The position numbers were made by a program, and so were the translations under genes. Source: Myxococcales bacterium (GTDB taxonomy: Bacteria; Myxococcota; B64-G9). From it: a DNA stretch of 64,000 bases. Below are positions 28,327-37,934 of this stretch, piece by piece. The notes under the pieces were generated by a model. The model was not told where the DNA came from, made no database searches, and worked only from the letters and a program-made list of their open reading frames with translations. The stretch covers positions 1-64,000 of the forward strand of contig JAAZNF010000118.1 of the NCBI GenBank assembly GCA_012798435.1, written 5' to 3'. The number at the start of each line of letters is the position of its first letter. The stretch's first letter is position 1.

Positions 28327-30636
28327 ATGCGCTGCCGGATGCTGATGCTCTCATTGCTCGCCTGCGCGCTCTCCTGGCCGGCGCGGGGGGAAGCACCGTG
28401 GGCGGATCTTACCGCCGGAGCGGGGTTGCGTCTTTCGCTTTCCCGGGCGGCGCCGGAGCAGCGGCTGTCGTTGCTCACCGTGTGGAGCGAGCCGCCCGCC
28501 GATCTGCCCGCCACCTGCCTGGGAAGGGTGTGCCGGGTGGAGGTCGCCGTCCAGGCCGTGTCCAGTCTGCTGCGCCGGCCGGATCTGCTCTTGGCCGACC
28601 GGCCGGCCCGGCGCCGGCCGCGCATGGACCTGGCGGGGGAGATGGTCCGGCTTCCCCAAGCCCGGTTGGAGACGGATCTCGCGGGACGGAATGTTCTGGT
28701 CGCCGTCATCGACACCGGCCTGGACTTCACCCACCCGGACTTCATTGACGAGGAGGGAAGGACCCGGGTGGCCTGGCTGCTCGATCAGAATCGGCCACCC
28801 GAAGGCCGTTATGCTGACCTGGAGGAGCTGGGCGGCGGCGCGGTATACCACGCCTCGGATCTGCAGGCGATCCTGGCGGGCCAGGGCGGGACTGCGCTCG
28901 GGGCGGGCCAGGACGTGGTGGGCCACGGGACACACGTGGCGGGCATCGCCGCAGGCGATGACACGACGTACACCGGCGCTGCGCCGCGGTCGCTCCTGGT
29001 GGCGGTGAAGGCGCTGCGCGAGGACCTGAGCGGGTTCGATGACGATCGCTTGTTCCAGGCGCTGGCCTTCTCGCGGGCCGTCAGCGAGCGGGAAGGCTTG
29101 CCGCTGGTAGTCAATCTTTCTCTGGGAAGCCAGCTCGGCGCCCACGATGGCAGCGAACCGATCGAGCTCGCGCTCGACGAGCTGTGCGCCATGCGGGAGC
29201 CATCCGTCGCCGTGGCCGTGGCCGCCGGCAACGACCGCGGCCGCGGCTGGCACGCGCGCCTCAGCCTCCAGGAGGGAGCCGAGGTACACCTCCGCCTGCT
29301 GCTCCCCTCGGCGTCGGCCCCGAGCCCTACCCGCCCCGCCTCGGTGACGCTGGACCTGTGGGCCGACGGGCCGGGGCCTTTCGAGGCCTGGGTCGAGACG
29401 CCCTCCGGCGAGCTCAGTGAAAGCGTCTCCAGCCGGGGGCCGTTGGGGCTTTCGGCCTGGACTCCGGACGGCCACGTCTCCCTGGTCACCGACAGGCAAG
29501 ACGAGCCGTTCGGCGCGCCGCAACGCCTGCTCGTCGAACTCTCCGACGATCCCGCGGCTCCCTTGCAGACGGGGACCTGGACGATCGGAATTCGCGGCGC
29601 CTCCCGCAGGATCGACGCCTGGGTCGGCGACTACGAGCTTTCGGCCCTGGCCTTGCCGCGCTTCCTGGATCACCTCGACGATGGGAATCTGGTGGGGCCG
29701 CCGGCCACCGCCCGCTGTGCTGTCGCGGCGGGTGCGGTGGTGTCACGGCTGTCCTGGAGCGACGCCGATGGCGGCGCGCACGCGCTGCCGGGCGAGGTGG
29801 GAACGGCGGCCGAGTTCAGTTCGGCCGGCCCCACCCGCGACGGGCGAGCCAAGCCCGAGATCTTGTTGCCGGGGTACCTGGTGGCCGCCGCCATGTCGCA
29901 GGACGCCGATCCACGCTCGGCCTCTTCCATCTTCTATAGCGGTGGCAGGCGGGACCGTGTCATGCCGGATGGCCGGCACGCGCTCTCCGGCGGCACCTCC
30001 ATGGCCAGCCCGCTCGCGGCGGGGCTGCTGGCCCTGGCCTTCGAGGCCGATCCCTTGCTGGCGGCCACGGAGTTGCGAGACCTGTTGGCGGTATCAGGCG
30101 CCAATGATGCACGGCTCGGCGGCCAGGAGGTGTACAGGCCACGGTTCGGATTCGGAAGGGCCGACGCCGTGCGCTTTGTGCGCCTCGCCCGGGGCGAGCG
30201 GGGACGAACGCTCGATCCCACCCAGAGCTTGTGCGGCGTGAGCGTGGAGTGGCTGCCGCCATTCCCCGACGGCGAGGCCCGGGTGTTCGCCGTGCCGCGG
30301 GACGCCGAGGGCTTGCTCCTTGGCGACGACACCCGCGTGGCGTTCTTCGCCGACCCCGGCGTGGTGTACCAGGAAGGAGCCGAGCCAGCGGCGCCGATCC
30401 GCAGCGCCCGCTTCTCGGGTGCCGGCGCCAAGGGTGCGCGGGTGCGCCTCTCCTGCGTGGTGGAGGACACGCTCTTTACCGCCCATCCCGAGGTGGTGCT
30501 GGCCGAGAGCGAAGCGGCGTCCTTTCGTGAAGGGAGCGGCTGCGCCAGCGCGCCAGGGAGCACTGCCCCATTCCAAGGAGCAATGCTCGTCGCCTTGCTT
30601 CTCATCGTGGCAGCTCGCCGGTACCGCTCCGGCTAG
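28327..30636 (+). CDS. Secreted subtilisin-like serine peptidase (S8 family) with a MYXO-CTERM-type sorting tail.
   Basis: Catalytic triad contexts (VAVIDTGLD; HGTHVAGIAAGDD; GTSMASPLAAG). Signal peptide. C-terminal GCASAPGS...MLVALLLIVAARRYRSG. Start at Met32 of ORF 28234..30636. Confidence 0.85.
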   Translation: MRCRMLMLSLLACALSWPARGEAPWADLTAGAGLRLSLSRAAPEQRLSLLTVWSEPPADLPATCLGRVCRVEVAVQAVSSLLRRPDLLLADRPARRRPRMDLAGEMVRLPQARLETDLAGRNVLVAVIDTGLDFTHPDFIDEEGRTRVAWLLDQNRPPEGRYADLEELGGGAVYHASDLQAILAGQGGTALGAGQDVVGHGTHVAGIAAGDDTTYTGAAPRSLLVAVKALREDLSGFDDDRLFQALAFSRAVSEREGLPLVVNLSLGSQLGAHDGSEPIELALDELCAMREPSVAVAVAAGNDRGRGWHARLSLQEGAEVHLRLLLPSASAPSPTRPASVTLDLWADGPGPFEAWVETPSGELSESVSSRGPLGLSAWTPDGHVSLVTDRQDEPFGAPQRLLVELSDDPAAPLQTGTWTIGIRGASRRIDAWVGDYELSALALPRFLDHLDDGNLVGPPATARCAVAAGAVVSRLSWSDADGGAHALPGEVGTAAEFSSAGPTRDGRAKPEILLPGYLVAAAMSQDADPRSASSIFYSGGRRDRVMPDGRHALSGGTSMASPLAAGLLALAFEADPLLAATELRDLLAVSGANDARLGGQEVYRPRFGFGRADAVRFVRLARGERGRTLDPTQSLCGVSVEWLPPFPDGEARVFAVPRDAEGLLLGDDTRVAFFADPGVVYQEGAEPAAPIRSARFSGAGAKGARVRLSCVVEDTLFTAHPEVVLAESEAASFREGSGCASAPGSTAPFQGAMLVALLLIVAARRYRSG

Positions 30637-30811
30637 GAAATTCCTGGCAACAGAGGCCGCGAGATAACTCCGATTTTCGAGATTTCGCGAACGTGTTGGC
30701 TGTGACGCCTCCGAAGGTCCCCGGTAGCTTGATAAATCGCGTCTGGCCGCGCTTGCACTTTGAGCATCGCAGCTAGCAGCACAAATCGTTCTACATAGTC
30801 TTCCTGGAAAA

Positions 30812-30937
30812 GGAAGGCATGCTTGCATGGTCTTCATATTTGCGGATTCAGCCGAAGCCCGACCGCTGTCAATGGTGAGCGTAGCGAATCGCGAAGCGAT
30901 CGAAGACCATTGACAGCGACGGTCGGGCGGAGGCTAC
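30812..30937 (-). repeat. Copy C of the dispersed structured repeat (reverse orientation).
   Basis: The reverse complement reads GTAGCCTCCGCCCGACCGTCGCTGTCAATGG ... CCATTGACAGCGGTCGGGCTTCGGCTGAATCCGCAAATATGAAGACCATGCaaGCATGCCTTCC. It carries compensatory changes relative to the other copies. Confidence 0.65.
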
Positions 30938-31009
30938 GAGAAGGACGCGGCGCACGAACGCACCAGCTCTGGAAGCCCCGCTTTTTTGTTACTCGATGGA
31001 AGGAGGAGA

Positions 31010-31237
31010 TCAGTGGCAGCCGGAGCAGCTCGAAGAGGTGCAGCCGCTGCACGAGGAGCCGCCGCCGCTGCTCGCGGTGAAGCCGGCCTCGCTCTTGTGG
31101 GCGAACACCGAGAGCTTCTTCTTCGCCCTCTTCGACCCGCAGCGGGGACACTGGATCTCCTGGTCCTTCGAGAGCACCAGCTCTTCGAAGTCGGTGTGGC
31201 ACTTCTGGCAGGTGTACTCGTACAGCGGCATGGTCAT
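31010..31237 (-). CDS. FmdB-family zinc-ribbon protein (putative regulatory protein).
   Basis: MPLYEYTCQKCHTDFEEL...CPRCGS N-terminus, characteristic of the FmdB family. Cys/Ser/Gly-rich tail. Start overlaps the stop of the upstream TPR gene (ATGA). Confidence 0.75.
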   Translation of the reverse strand: MTMPLYEYTCQKCHTDFEELVLSKDQEIQCPRCGSKRAKKKLSVFAHKSEAGFTASSGGGSSCSGCTSSSCSGCH

Positions 31238-32580
31238 TCCTCCAGCTTCTGGATGAGATCCGCGATGGCCTGGTTTTCGGGGGCGAGCTTTTGCGCCTGC
31301 GAAAGCAGTCGGCGGGCGCGCTCCAGGCGGGACTTGCGGGTCGCCGGCTCACGCTGGGCCATGACGATCTCCAGGCTGGCCAGGCGGACCATGGCCTCTA
31401 CGTGATCCGGTTGAATGCGCAGGATGTCCCGGTAGGCATCGAGGGCCTCCGGCACCCGATCGGCGCGCACCAGCACCAGGGCTCGGCGCTGGCGCAGCTC
31501 CATATCTTCTCCCGAGAGCAGGATGAGCTTGGCCAGCGCCTGCTCGGTCCGCTCGTCGTCCTGGCGCAGATCGGCCAGGTCCGCCAGGCGCTCCAGTGCG
31601 GCGCGATCGAAGGGATCCAGCGAGAGCGCCCGCTCGTACAGCTCGCGAGCCTTCTGCCAGCGTTCGGTGCGGCGATACACGTCCCCCAGGGAGACCAGGG
31701 CCAGCGGCATGTGCGGAGCCAGCTCCAAGGCGCGCTCGAGGGCCACGATGGCCTCGGAGTTGCTCTCCAGGCGACTGCGCGCGATGCCCTGCAGCGTCCA
31801 GGCCAGCGCCAGGTCCGGGTGGCGCACGCAGAACTGCTCGGCGGCGGCGAGCGCCTCGCCCACCGCTTCCTGCTCGAGCAGGTCGAACACCCGCTGGGCC
31901 TCCTGGCTCAACTCCGAAGACAGCGCCCGGAAAGGATCGTAGATGCGGGCGGTGATGGCCGCGGCCTTCTGGGCCTCCTCCGGGGTGGGCTGCTGCGCCA
32001 TCACCGGGCGCAGCATCTCGATGGCGCCGGCGTCGTCGCCTTGCTGAGAGAGCACGTTGCCGAGGGCCACCCGGATGCCCGCTCGCTCGGGATCGAGGCC
32101 CAGCGCCGACTCGAACTCGCTCCGGGCGCGCGCCAGGTCACCGTTCAGCGCGTACATCAGGCCCGTCCGGAAGGGGATGTCCGCCTCCTTGTGCATGCGT
32201 TCCCGGGCCGCACTCAAGTGCGTCAGCGCCTCCTGCATGCGGCCCGGTCCGGCCGCCATTTCCACCAGGGCCAGGCCGTAGTGCGCCAGGCCGGGGCTGG
32301 GCTGAAGCAGCCGGGTGTAGCGCTGCCGGGCCTCGTCCAGGCGTCCGGCGTAGTAGGCCGCTTCCACGTAGCCACGATGGACCGCCAGGTTGTCGGGTTG
32401 AGCCTTGAGCAACCCCTCGAATATCTGCAGGGCCTCCCCGGCCTTGCCCTGGCGGGAGAGCGATCGCGCCGCGCGCACCTCGTCGCCGGGCCGGTCCTCC
32501 ACCAGCGGGGCGTGCCGGCACCCGGAGGAGGAGAGCCACAGCGAAGGCAGCCAAATCGCGGTAATGATGACCCGCCGCAT
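31234..32580 (-). CDS. TPR-repeat lipoprotein.
   Basis: Lipoprotein-type signal (LSSSGC). Multiple 34-residue TPR-like repeats rich in Ala/Leu/Arg. Confidence 0.8.
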   Translation of the reverse strand: MRRVIITAIWLPSLWLSSSGCRHAPLVEDRPGDEVRAARSLSRQGKAGEALQIFEGLLKAQPDNLAVHRGYVEAAYYAGRLDEARQRYTRLLQPSPGLAHYGLALVEMAAGPGRMQEALTHLSAARERMHKEADIPFRTGLMYALNGDLARARSEFESALGLDPERAGIRVALGNVLSQQGDDAGAIEMLRPVMAQQPTPEEAQKAAAITARIYDPFRALSSELSQEAQRVFDLLEQEAVGEALAAAEQFCVRHPDLALAWTLQGIARSRLESNSEAIVALERALELAPHMPLALVSLGDVYRRTERWQKARELYERALSLDPFDRAALERLADLADLRQDDERTEQALAKLILLSGEDMELRQRRALVLVRADRVPEALDAYRDILRIQPDHVEAMVRLASLEIVMAQREPATRKSRLERARRLLSQAQKLAPENQAIADLIQKLEE

Positions 32581-32692
32581 GACGCCGGAATCTAGGACCG
32601 ACGCCGGCGGATGTCAAACCGCGCACCGCGCGGCTTGACCCCGGAACCCCCACGGCTTACGCTGGCGGCGGACCATCCCCGGGAGGTGCCGA

Positions 32693-34987
32693 GTGGGCGC
32701 AACCACCATGATGCCGGCCGCCGCCATCCAGCGTGCGCTGCGTTTCCGTGAGAAACTCACCGAGCTCATCAACCTCATCCACAAGGCCGAGGACGTCTCC
32801 CAGATTGTGCTCGACCTCAAGAACCGCGTTCTGGAACTCCTCGACTGCGAGCGCGTCACCATCTTCGCCGTGGATGCCCGCACCCAGCAGGTGTACAGCC
32901 TGTACAAGGAGGGCGAGGAGGTGAAGGAGATCCGGGTGGGGCGCAACCACCAGTCGATGGTGGGATTCGCCGCGCTGACCGGGCAGACCCTCAACGTGAA
33001 GGACGCCTATGACGAGGCGGAGCTTCGCGCCTACCACCCCGAGCTGCGCTTCGATCAGAGTTGGGACCAGAAGACCGGGTTTCGCACCCGCCAGGTGCTC
33101 ACCGTGCCCATCCTGTACGAGAAGTACCTGATGGGGGTGCTGCAACTGCTCAACAAGCGCCAGGGCGCGGCCTTCACCGGCGAGGACCTGGTGGGGGCGC
33201 AGGAGATCGCCAAGACCCTGGGCATCGCCCTGTACAACCGGCGGCGCCTGCAGCGAGGGCGCCCCACCCACCGCTTCTCCGCCCTGCTGGAGAAGGGCCT
33301 GCTGTCCGAGAAGGTCTTCCAGGAGGCGCTGGCCCATGCCCGCATGAACAACCAGAAGGTGGCCGAGGTGCTGCTCACCACCTACCGGGTTCCCAAGGCG
33401 GAGATCCTGGCCAGCATGGCCGCCTTCCATAACACCGGCGTGTTCTCCTACGACGGCACCCAGCGCATGCCCGAGGAGCTGCGCGCCCGGCTCAAGCCGG
33501 ACTACCTGCAGAAGATCAAGGTGGCGCCGCTATTGGTACAGAACGGCGTGCTGCGGGTGGCGGTGGAGGATCCCTCCGACCTCACGGTGGTGGACGCGGT
33601 ACGGGTGATGCAGCTCGCCCCGCGCCAGGAGTTCCTGGTGGCGCTGGAGAAGGACATCGCCGATTACCTGGCCGCCTCCTACGGGCTGTCCCTGGTCGAC
33701 GCCAAGGGCCAGATGGCCGACATCCTGGGCGAGCTGACCACGGAAGAGAAGGGCGACACCACCGACGAGGGCCCCGAGCTGCAGGAGACCGACAGCGCCA
33801 TCGTGCGCCTGGCCAACCAGATCATCATCGACGCCTACGGCCAGGGGGCCTCCGACATCCACGTGGAGCCCATGGGGCGGCGCGATCCCTGCCGGGTGCG
33901 CTTCCGGGTCGACGGCGACTGCCGGGTGTACCAGGAGATCCCCGCCAGCCACCGCATGGCGCTGGTGTCGCGCCTCAAGATCATGGCCAACCTGGACATC
34001 TCGGAGCGGCGCAAGCCCCAGGACGGCAAGATCCGCTTCCAGATGAAGAACGGCGCGCTGGAGCTGCGCGTGGCCACCATCCCGACCACCGGCGGCGAGG
34101 AGGACGTGGTCATGCGCCTGCTGGCCGCCAGCAAGCCGCTGCCGCTGGATCAGATGGGGTTCTCGGCGCGCAACCTGGCCGGGTTCAAGGACATCGTCTC
34201 CAAGCCCTACGGCATCATCCTGTGCGTGGGCCCCACCGGCTCGGGCAAGACCACCACCCTGCACTCGGCGCTGGGCTTCATCAACACCCCGGACGTCAAG
34301 ATCTGGACCGCCGAGGACCCGGTCGAGATCACCCAGCCCGGCCTGCGGCAGGTGCAGGTGCAGCCCAAGATCGACTTCACCTTCGCCAACGCCATGCGCG
34401 CCTTCTTGCGCGCCGATCCCGACGTGATCATGGTGGGCGAGATGCGCGACCAGGAGACGGCCCAGATCGGCATCGAGGCCTCGCTCACCGGCCACCTGGT
34501 GCTCTCCACGCTGCACACCAACTCGGCCCCCGAGACGGTGGTGCGGCTCATCGACATGGGCATCGATCCCTTCAACTTCGCCGACTCGTTGCTGGGCATC
34601 CTGGCCCAGCGGCTGACGCGCACCCTGTGCCGCTCCTGCAAGCAGCCCTACACGCCCGGCGAGCAGGAGTTCCAGTCGCTGGTGGAGTCGTACGGACCGA
34701 AGTATTTTCCGCGCACCGGCGTGCGCTACGGCTCCGAGCTCAAACTGTACCGGGCGGCGGGGTGCCCGGACTGCGGCGGCAGCGGCTACCGCGGGCGGAT
34801 GGGCCTGCACGAGCTCATGGTGGGCACGGACGCGGTGAAGCGCCTCATCCAGCAGAAGGCCCCGGTGGAGGAGCTGCGGGCCCAGGCCATCGCCGACGGC
34901 ATGACCACGCTCATGCAGGACGGCATCGAGAAGGTTCTGGCCGGCCACCTGGACATGAAGCAGGTGCGGGCGGTGTGCATCAAGTAG
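32693..34987 (+). CDS. GspE/PilB-family secretion ATPase with an N-terminal GAF domain (GAF-T2SS/T4P ATPase); orphan, with no other T2SS/T4P genes nearby.
   Basis: GAF-like N-terminus. T2SSE N-domain. Walker A (CVGPTGSGKTTTL). Asp box, Walker B and His box (VMVGEMRD ... LSTLHTNSA). Tetracysteine (CRSC ... CPDCGGSG). Confidence 0.85.
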   Translation: MGATTMMPAAAIQRALRFREKLTELINLIHKAEDVSQIVLDLKNRVLELLDCERVTIFAVDARTQQVYSLYKEGEEVKEIRVGRNHQSMVGFAALTGQTLNVKDAYDEAELRAYHPELRFDQSWDQKTGFRTRQVLTVPILYEKYLMGVLQLLNKRQGAAFTGEDLVGAQEIAKTLGIALYNRRRLQRGRPTHRFSALLEKGLLSEKVFQEALAHARMNNQKVAEVLLTTYRVPKAEILASMAAFHNTGVFSYDGTQRMPEELRARLKPDYLQKIKVAPLLVQNGVLRVAVEDPSDLTVVDAVRVMQLAPRQEFLVALEKDIADYLAASYGLSLVDAKGQMADILGELTTEEKGDTTDEGPELQETDSAIVRLANQIIIDAYGQGASDIHVEPMGRRDPCRVRFRVDGDCRVYQEIPASHRMALVSRLKIMANLDISERRKPQDGKIRFQMKNGALELRVATIPTTGGEEDVVMRLLAASKPLPLDQMGFSARNLAGFKDIVSKPYGIILCVGPTGSGKTTTLHSALGFINTPDVKIWTAEDPVEITQPGLRQVQVQPKIDFTFANAMRAFLRADPDVIMVGEMRDQETAQIGIEASLTGHLVLSTLHTNSAPETVVRLIDMGIDPFNFADSLLGILAQRLTRTLCRSCKQPYTPGEQEFQSLVESYGPKYFPRTGVRYGSELKLYRAAGCPDCGGSGYRGRMGLHELMVGTDAVKRLIQQKAPVEELRAQAIADGMTTLMQDGIEKVLAGHLDMKQVRAVCIK

Positions 34988-34992
34988 GCGGG

Positions 34993-35190
34993 CTATCCGC
35001 CGCTCATGAGGTGCAGCACCTGGATCTCGGCGCCGTCGGGGACGACGGTGGTGTCGTACTCGGTGCGCGGCACGTGCCGGCCGTCGACGCTCACCACCAG
35101 CAGCGGAAACACGAACCCCTTCTCGCGCAGCACGTCGCGCACGGTCATGCCCGGCCGGTGCGAGTGGTTCTCGCCGTTCACCCGGATCAA
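34993..35190 (-). CDS. ThiS/MoaD-family sulfur-carrier protein (65 aa, C-terminal GG).
   Basis: MIRVNGE...EIQVLHLMSGG resembles ThiS. Immediately downstream of the AOR gene. Confidence 0.7.
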   Translation of the reverse strand: MIRVNGENHSHRPGMTVRDVLREKGFVFPLLVVSVDGRHVPRTEYDTTVVPDGAEIQVLHLMSGG

Positions 35191-35197
35191 GAGATGC

Positions 35198-37396
35198 CTA
35201 CCCCTTCAGGAAGGGCCGCACCACCTCGACGACCTCGGGTAGGTCCATGCCCAGCTTCTTCAGCGTCTCCAGGGTGGGGACGCCGTCGGAGGTCCAGCCG
35301 CGCCGCTTGTACACCGCGTCGCACAGTTTCTGGTAGCGGTCCAGGCGGTACTCGCGCACGCGGCGGATCTTCTCCTCGACGCTCAAGCCGGACGGCTCGA
35401 CGCCGATCTTCTCCTTGAGCTCCTTGTCGTAGCGCTCGGCGCGCGACTGGTACTCCTCGCGGGTGACCGGCCCGATGGATCGGTAGGGCGGCTGGTCGTG
35501 CTCTCGCCGGCCCTTGCCCATGCGCAGGTTGAACACGCGCTGGAAGTTGTACACCCGCTCCGACATCAACAGGAGATCCTGGACGGTGATCTCGCGCCCG
35601 GTGACGCCGGCGAACAGGTTGAGGTAGTTCTGCACGTGCTCGGGGACCTTCTGCGGCTCGGGCTGTTTGGCGTTGTCGGCGGGCTCGATGTCGTTCCAGG
35701 GCAGCTTGCACAGCCCGCACAGCCCGAACCAGGTGCGAAACAGCGGGAAGTAGTGCAGCGCCTCGGCCTTGTCCTCGAAGGTGGGGAGCTGCTTGTTCAC
35801 CATGTCCATGAAGATGAGCCAGGCCTCGTCGTGCTGCGGGCCCTTGTTGGTCAGCGCGTAGCCGCCCTGCTGGGCCAGCGACTCCTTGGAGTTGTACTGC
35901 GAGTACTCCAGGCCCTTCACCTCCATGCCCATGTCCCGCAGAAGTTGCGCGTCGCCCCAGCCCTTCTCGGCGAAGAGTTTCTTCATGCGGGCCACGCCCT
36001 GCCCGGCGATGGCGCCGAGGCCCTTGCCCTGGGCGAGCTGGTGCAGCATCTCGAGCTGGGCCGCGCCATCTCCGAAGTTGACCGTGAGGCCGCCGGAGCG
36101 CTCCGCGTTGAGGATGCCCCGCTGGAAGCACTCCATCACGAAGGCGCAGATGGTGCCGTAGGAGATGGTGTCCACCCCGTAGGTGTCGCAGTAGAAGTTG
36201 CACTCCAGGAGCCAGTGGGGGTCGAAGATGCCGCAGTTCGACCCCAGGCCGGCGGCGGTCTCGTACTCGGGGCCGTCCACGGTCACGGTGTGGCCCTGGT
36301 ATGGGCCGGTGCGCAGCACGAAGCCGTCGGCGCCCTTGCTGCAGGCCATGGAGCAGCCGTACCAGCAGCCGTCCACGGTGGTCTGGGTGAAGCGCGCATC
36401 CCACACCTTGGAGTTGATCTTGGGGGTGTCCGGGTGGTTGCCGTACTGGAAGTTGTGCACCGGCAGCAGGTCGTAGGCGTCCATGATCTCGACCAGGTGG
36501 GCCGTGCCCTGGCGGCGCATGTGGCACTGCTGGTCGTCGTAGTCGTGGATCTCGAAGTGCATCTTCTCGCCCGCCTTGGCGATGCGCTCCAGGTCGGCGG
36601 GGTGGTTGGCGTCGGCGGTGACGCGCGGGCCATGGACCACCAGGGCTTTGAGCCTTTTATCCCGAAAAACCGTTCCGGTGCCGCCGCGCCCGGCCTGCTT
36701 GATGCGGGTGCATTTGCGCCGGAGGTCGTACCAGGAGAAGTTGAGGCAGCCCACCCGGCAGTGCTCGGAGGCCCGCCCGGCCGCCACCACCGACACATTG
36801 GGCAGATCCTTCTCGTCGGTGGCGTACATGCGGGTGAAGACCTCGGCCGCCACGTGGGAGTCGGGGTTCTCTTGCGGAGCTTCCTCCAGCGTCACCCGAC
36901 CCGCCACGCCGTCGATTACCAGGATGACATCTCGGGCGGCCTTGCCCGAGAGCACCAGGGCGTCGAAGCCGGAGAACTTGAGCAGCGGGCCGAAGTACCC
37001 GCCCACGTTGCTGTCGATGGGGATGTCGGTGAGCGGCGAGAGCGTCACCACCAGGGACTTTCCCGAGCCGGGGTACTGGGTGTTGCCGCACAGCGGTCCC
37101 GGAGAGATGACCAGCACGTTCTCGGGGTCATTCCACCGGGTGCCGGGTTTCACGGCGTTCCACAGGTAATGCAGCCCGTAGCCGCGCCCGCCGGTGAAGA
37201 GTTCACGAACGCGGTCGGGGATCTTCTCCTCGCGGATCTGTCTCTTTCCCAGATCGACCAGCAGCGCGCGGCCCGTGTAGCCGCGCTGGGGAAGCGACGG
37301 AGAGAAGCGGAGTTCGGCCAGGACCTTGTGGGCGGCCTTCTGCCCGGGGAGATCGTGGCACACCTCGGTGCGACGAGTAATGTCGATGGCGCTCAT
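35198..37396 (-). CDS. Tungsten-containing aldehyde:ferredoxin oxidoreductase (AOR family, bacterial type).
   Basis: AOR N-terminal domain (GYTGRALLVDLG ... FTGGRGYGLHYLW ... GGYFGPLLKFSGFDALVL) and C-terminal AOR domains. 732 aa. There is an N-terminal extension of about 35 aa, so the true start may be downstream. Confidence 0.85.
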   Translation of the reverse strand: MSAIDITRRTEVCHDLPGQKAAHKVLAELRFSPSLPQRGYTGRALLVDLGKRQIREEKIPDRVRELFTGGRGYGLHYLWNAVKPGTRWNDPENVLVISPGPLCGNTQYPGSGKSLVVTLSPLTDIPIDSNVGGYFGPLLKFSGFDALVLSGKAARDVILVIDGVAGRVTLEEAPQENPDSHVAAEVFTRMYATDEKDLPNVSVVAAGRASEHCRVGCLNFSWYDLRRKCTRIKQAGRGGTGTVFRDKRLKALVVHGPRVTADANHPADLERIAKAGEKMHFEIHDYDDQQCHMRRQGTAHLVEIMDAYDLLPVHNFQYGNHPDTPKINSKVWDARFTQTTVDGCWYGCSMACSKGADGFVLRTGPYQGHTVTVDGPEYETAAGLGSNCGIFDPHWLLECNFYCDTYGVDTISYGTICAFVMECFQRGILNAERSGGLTVNFGDGAAQLEMLHQLAQGKGLGAIAGQGVARMKKLFAEKGWGDAQLLRDMGMEVKGLEYSQYNSKESLAQQGGYALTNKGPQHDEAWLIFMDMVNKQLPTFEDKAEALHYFPLFRTWFGLCGLCKLPWNDIEPADNAKQPEPQKVPEHVQNYLNLFAGVTGREITVQDLLLMSERVYNFQRVFNLRMGKGRREHDQPPYRSIGPVTREEYQSRAERYDKELKEKIGVEPSGLSVEEKIRRVREYRLDRYQKLCDAVYKRRGWTSDGVPTLETLKKLGMDLPEVVEVVRPFLKG

Positions 37397-37405
37397 GGGT
37401 TCACC

Positions 37406-37810
37406 TCAAACGGGAAGGTTGGCGTGGTCCTGCGCTTCCAGCGACAGGGCCCCGTGCGGGCAGGCCTTGACGCAGTTGCCACAAGACGTGCACTTGAACG
37501 GCGTCGCCGTGCCCGGCACACGGAACATGGCCTTGTGTGGGCAAAAGCCGATGCACATGAGGCAACCGACGCACAGGTCGCGCTGGATGAGCACCGTGCC
37601 GGCCTTGTTGCGCCGCAGCGCTCCGGTGGGACACACCGCGATGCACTCGCCGCACTGGTTGCACACGGTGAAGGCGAAGCCCTGGTGGGTCTTTCTCGGC
37701 CGGATGGCCGAGTGGGCCAGGTCGTCTTTCTTGTTGAGCACCTTGGCGCAGGCATGTACGCAGGCGAAGGCGCCCTGGCATTTTTCCGGATGGGGGGTGA
37801 GCACTTTCAT
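37406..37810 (-). CDS. Poly-[4Fe-4S] ferredoxin (AOR electron-transfer subunit, AorA-like).
   Basis: Four CxxCxxCxxxCP-type motifs. Start placed at the internal Met (MKVLTPHPEKCQ) of ORF 37406..37882. 9-bp gap to the AOR gene. Confidence 0.75.
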   Translation of the reverse strand: MKVLTPHPEKCQGAFACVHACAKVLNKKDDLAHSAIRPRKTHQGFAFTVCNQCGECIAVCPTGALRRNKAGTVLIQRDLCVGCLMCIGFCPHKAMFRVPGTATPFKCTSCGNCVKACPHGALSLEAQDHANLPV

Positions 37811-37934
37811 GAGAAGAACCTCTCGAGTGAACGTTGACTCGTTTCCTACCGCGACGGTATCTTGCCGGGCGATACTTGCCAAGTCAAGGGACGGCTTGGG
37901 GTTCTTGGGCTGCGGCCGAAAGGGCTATACGGTG

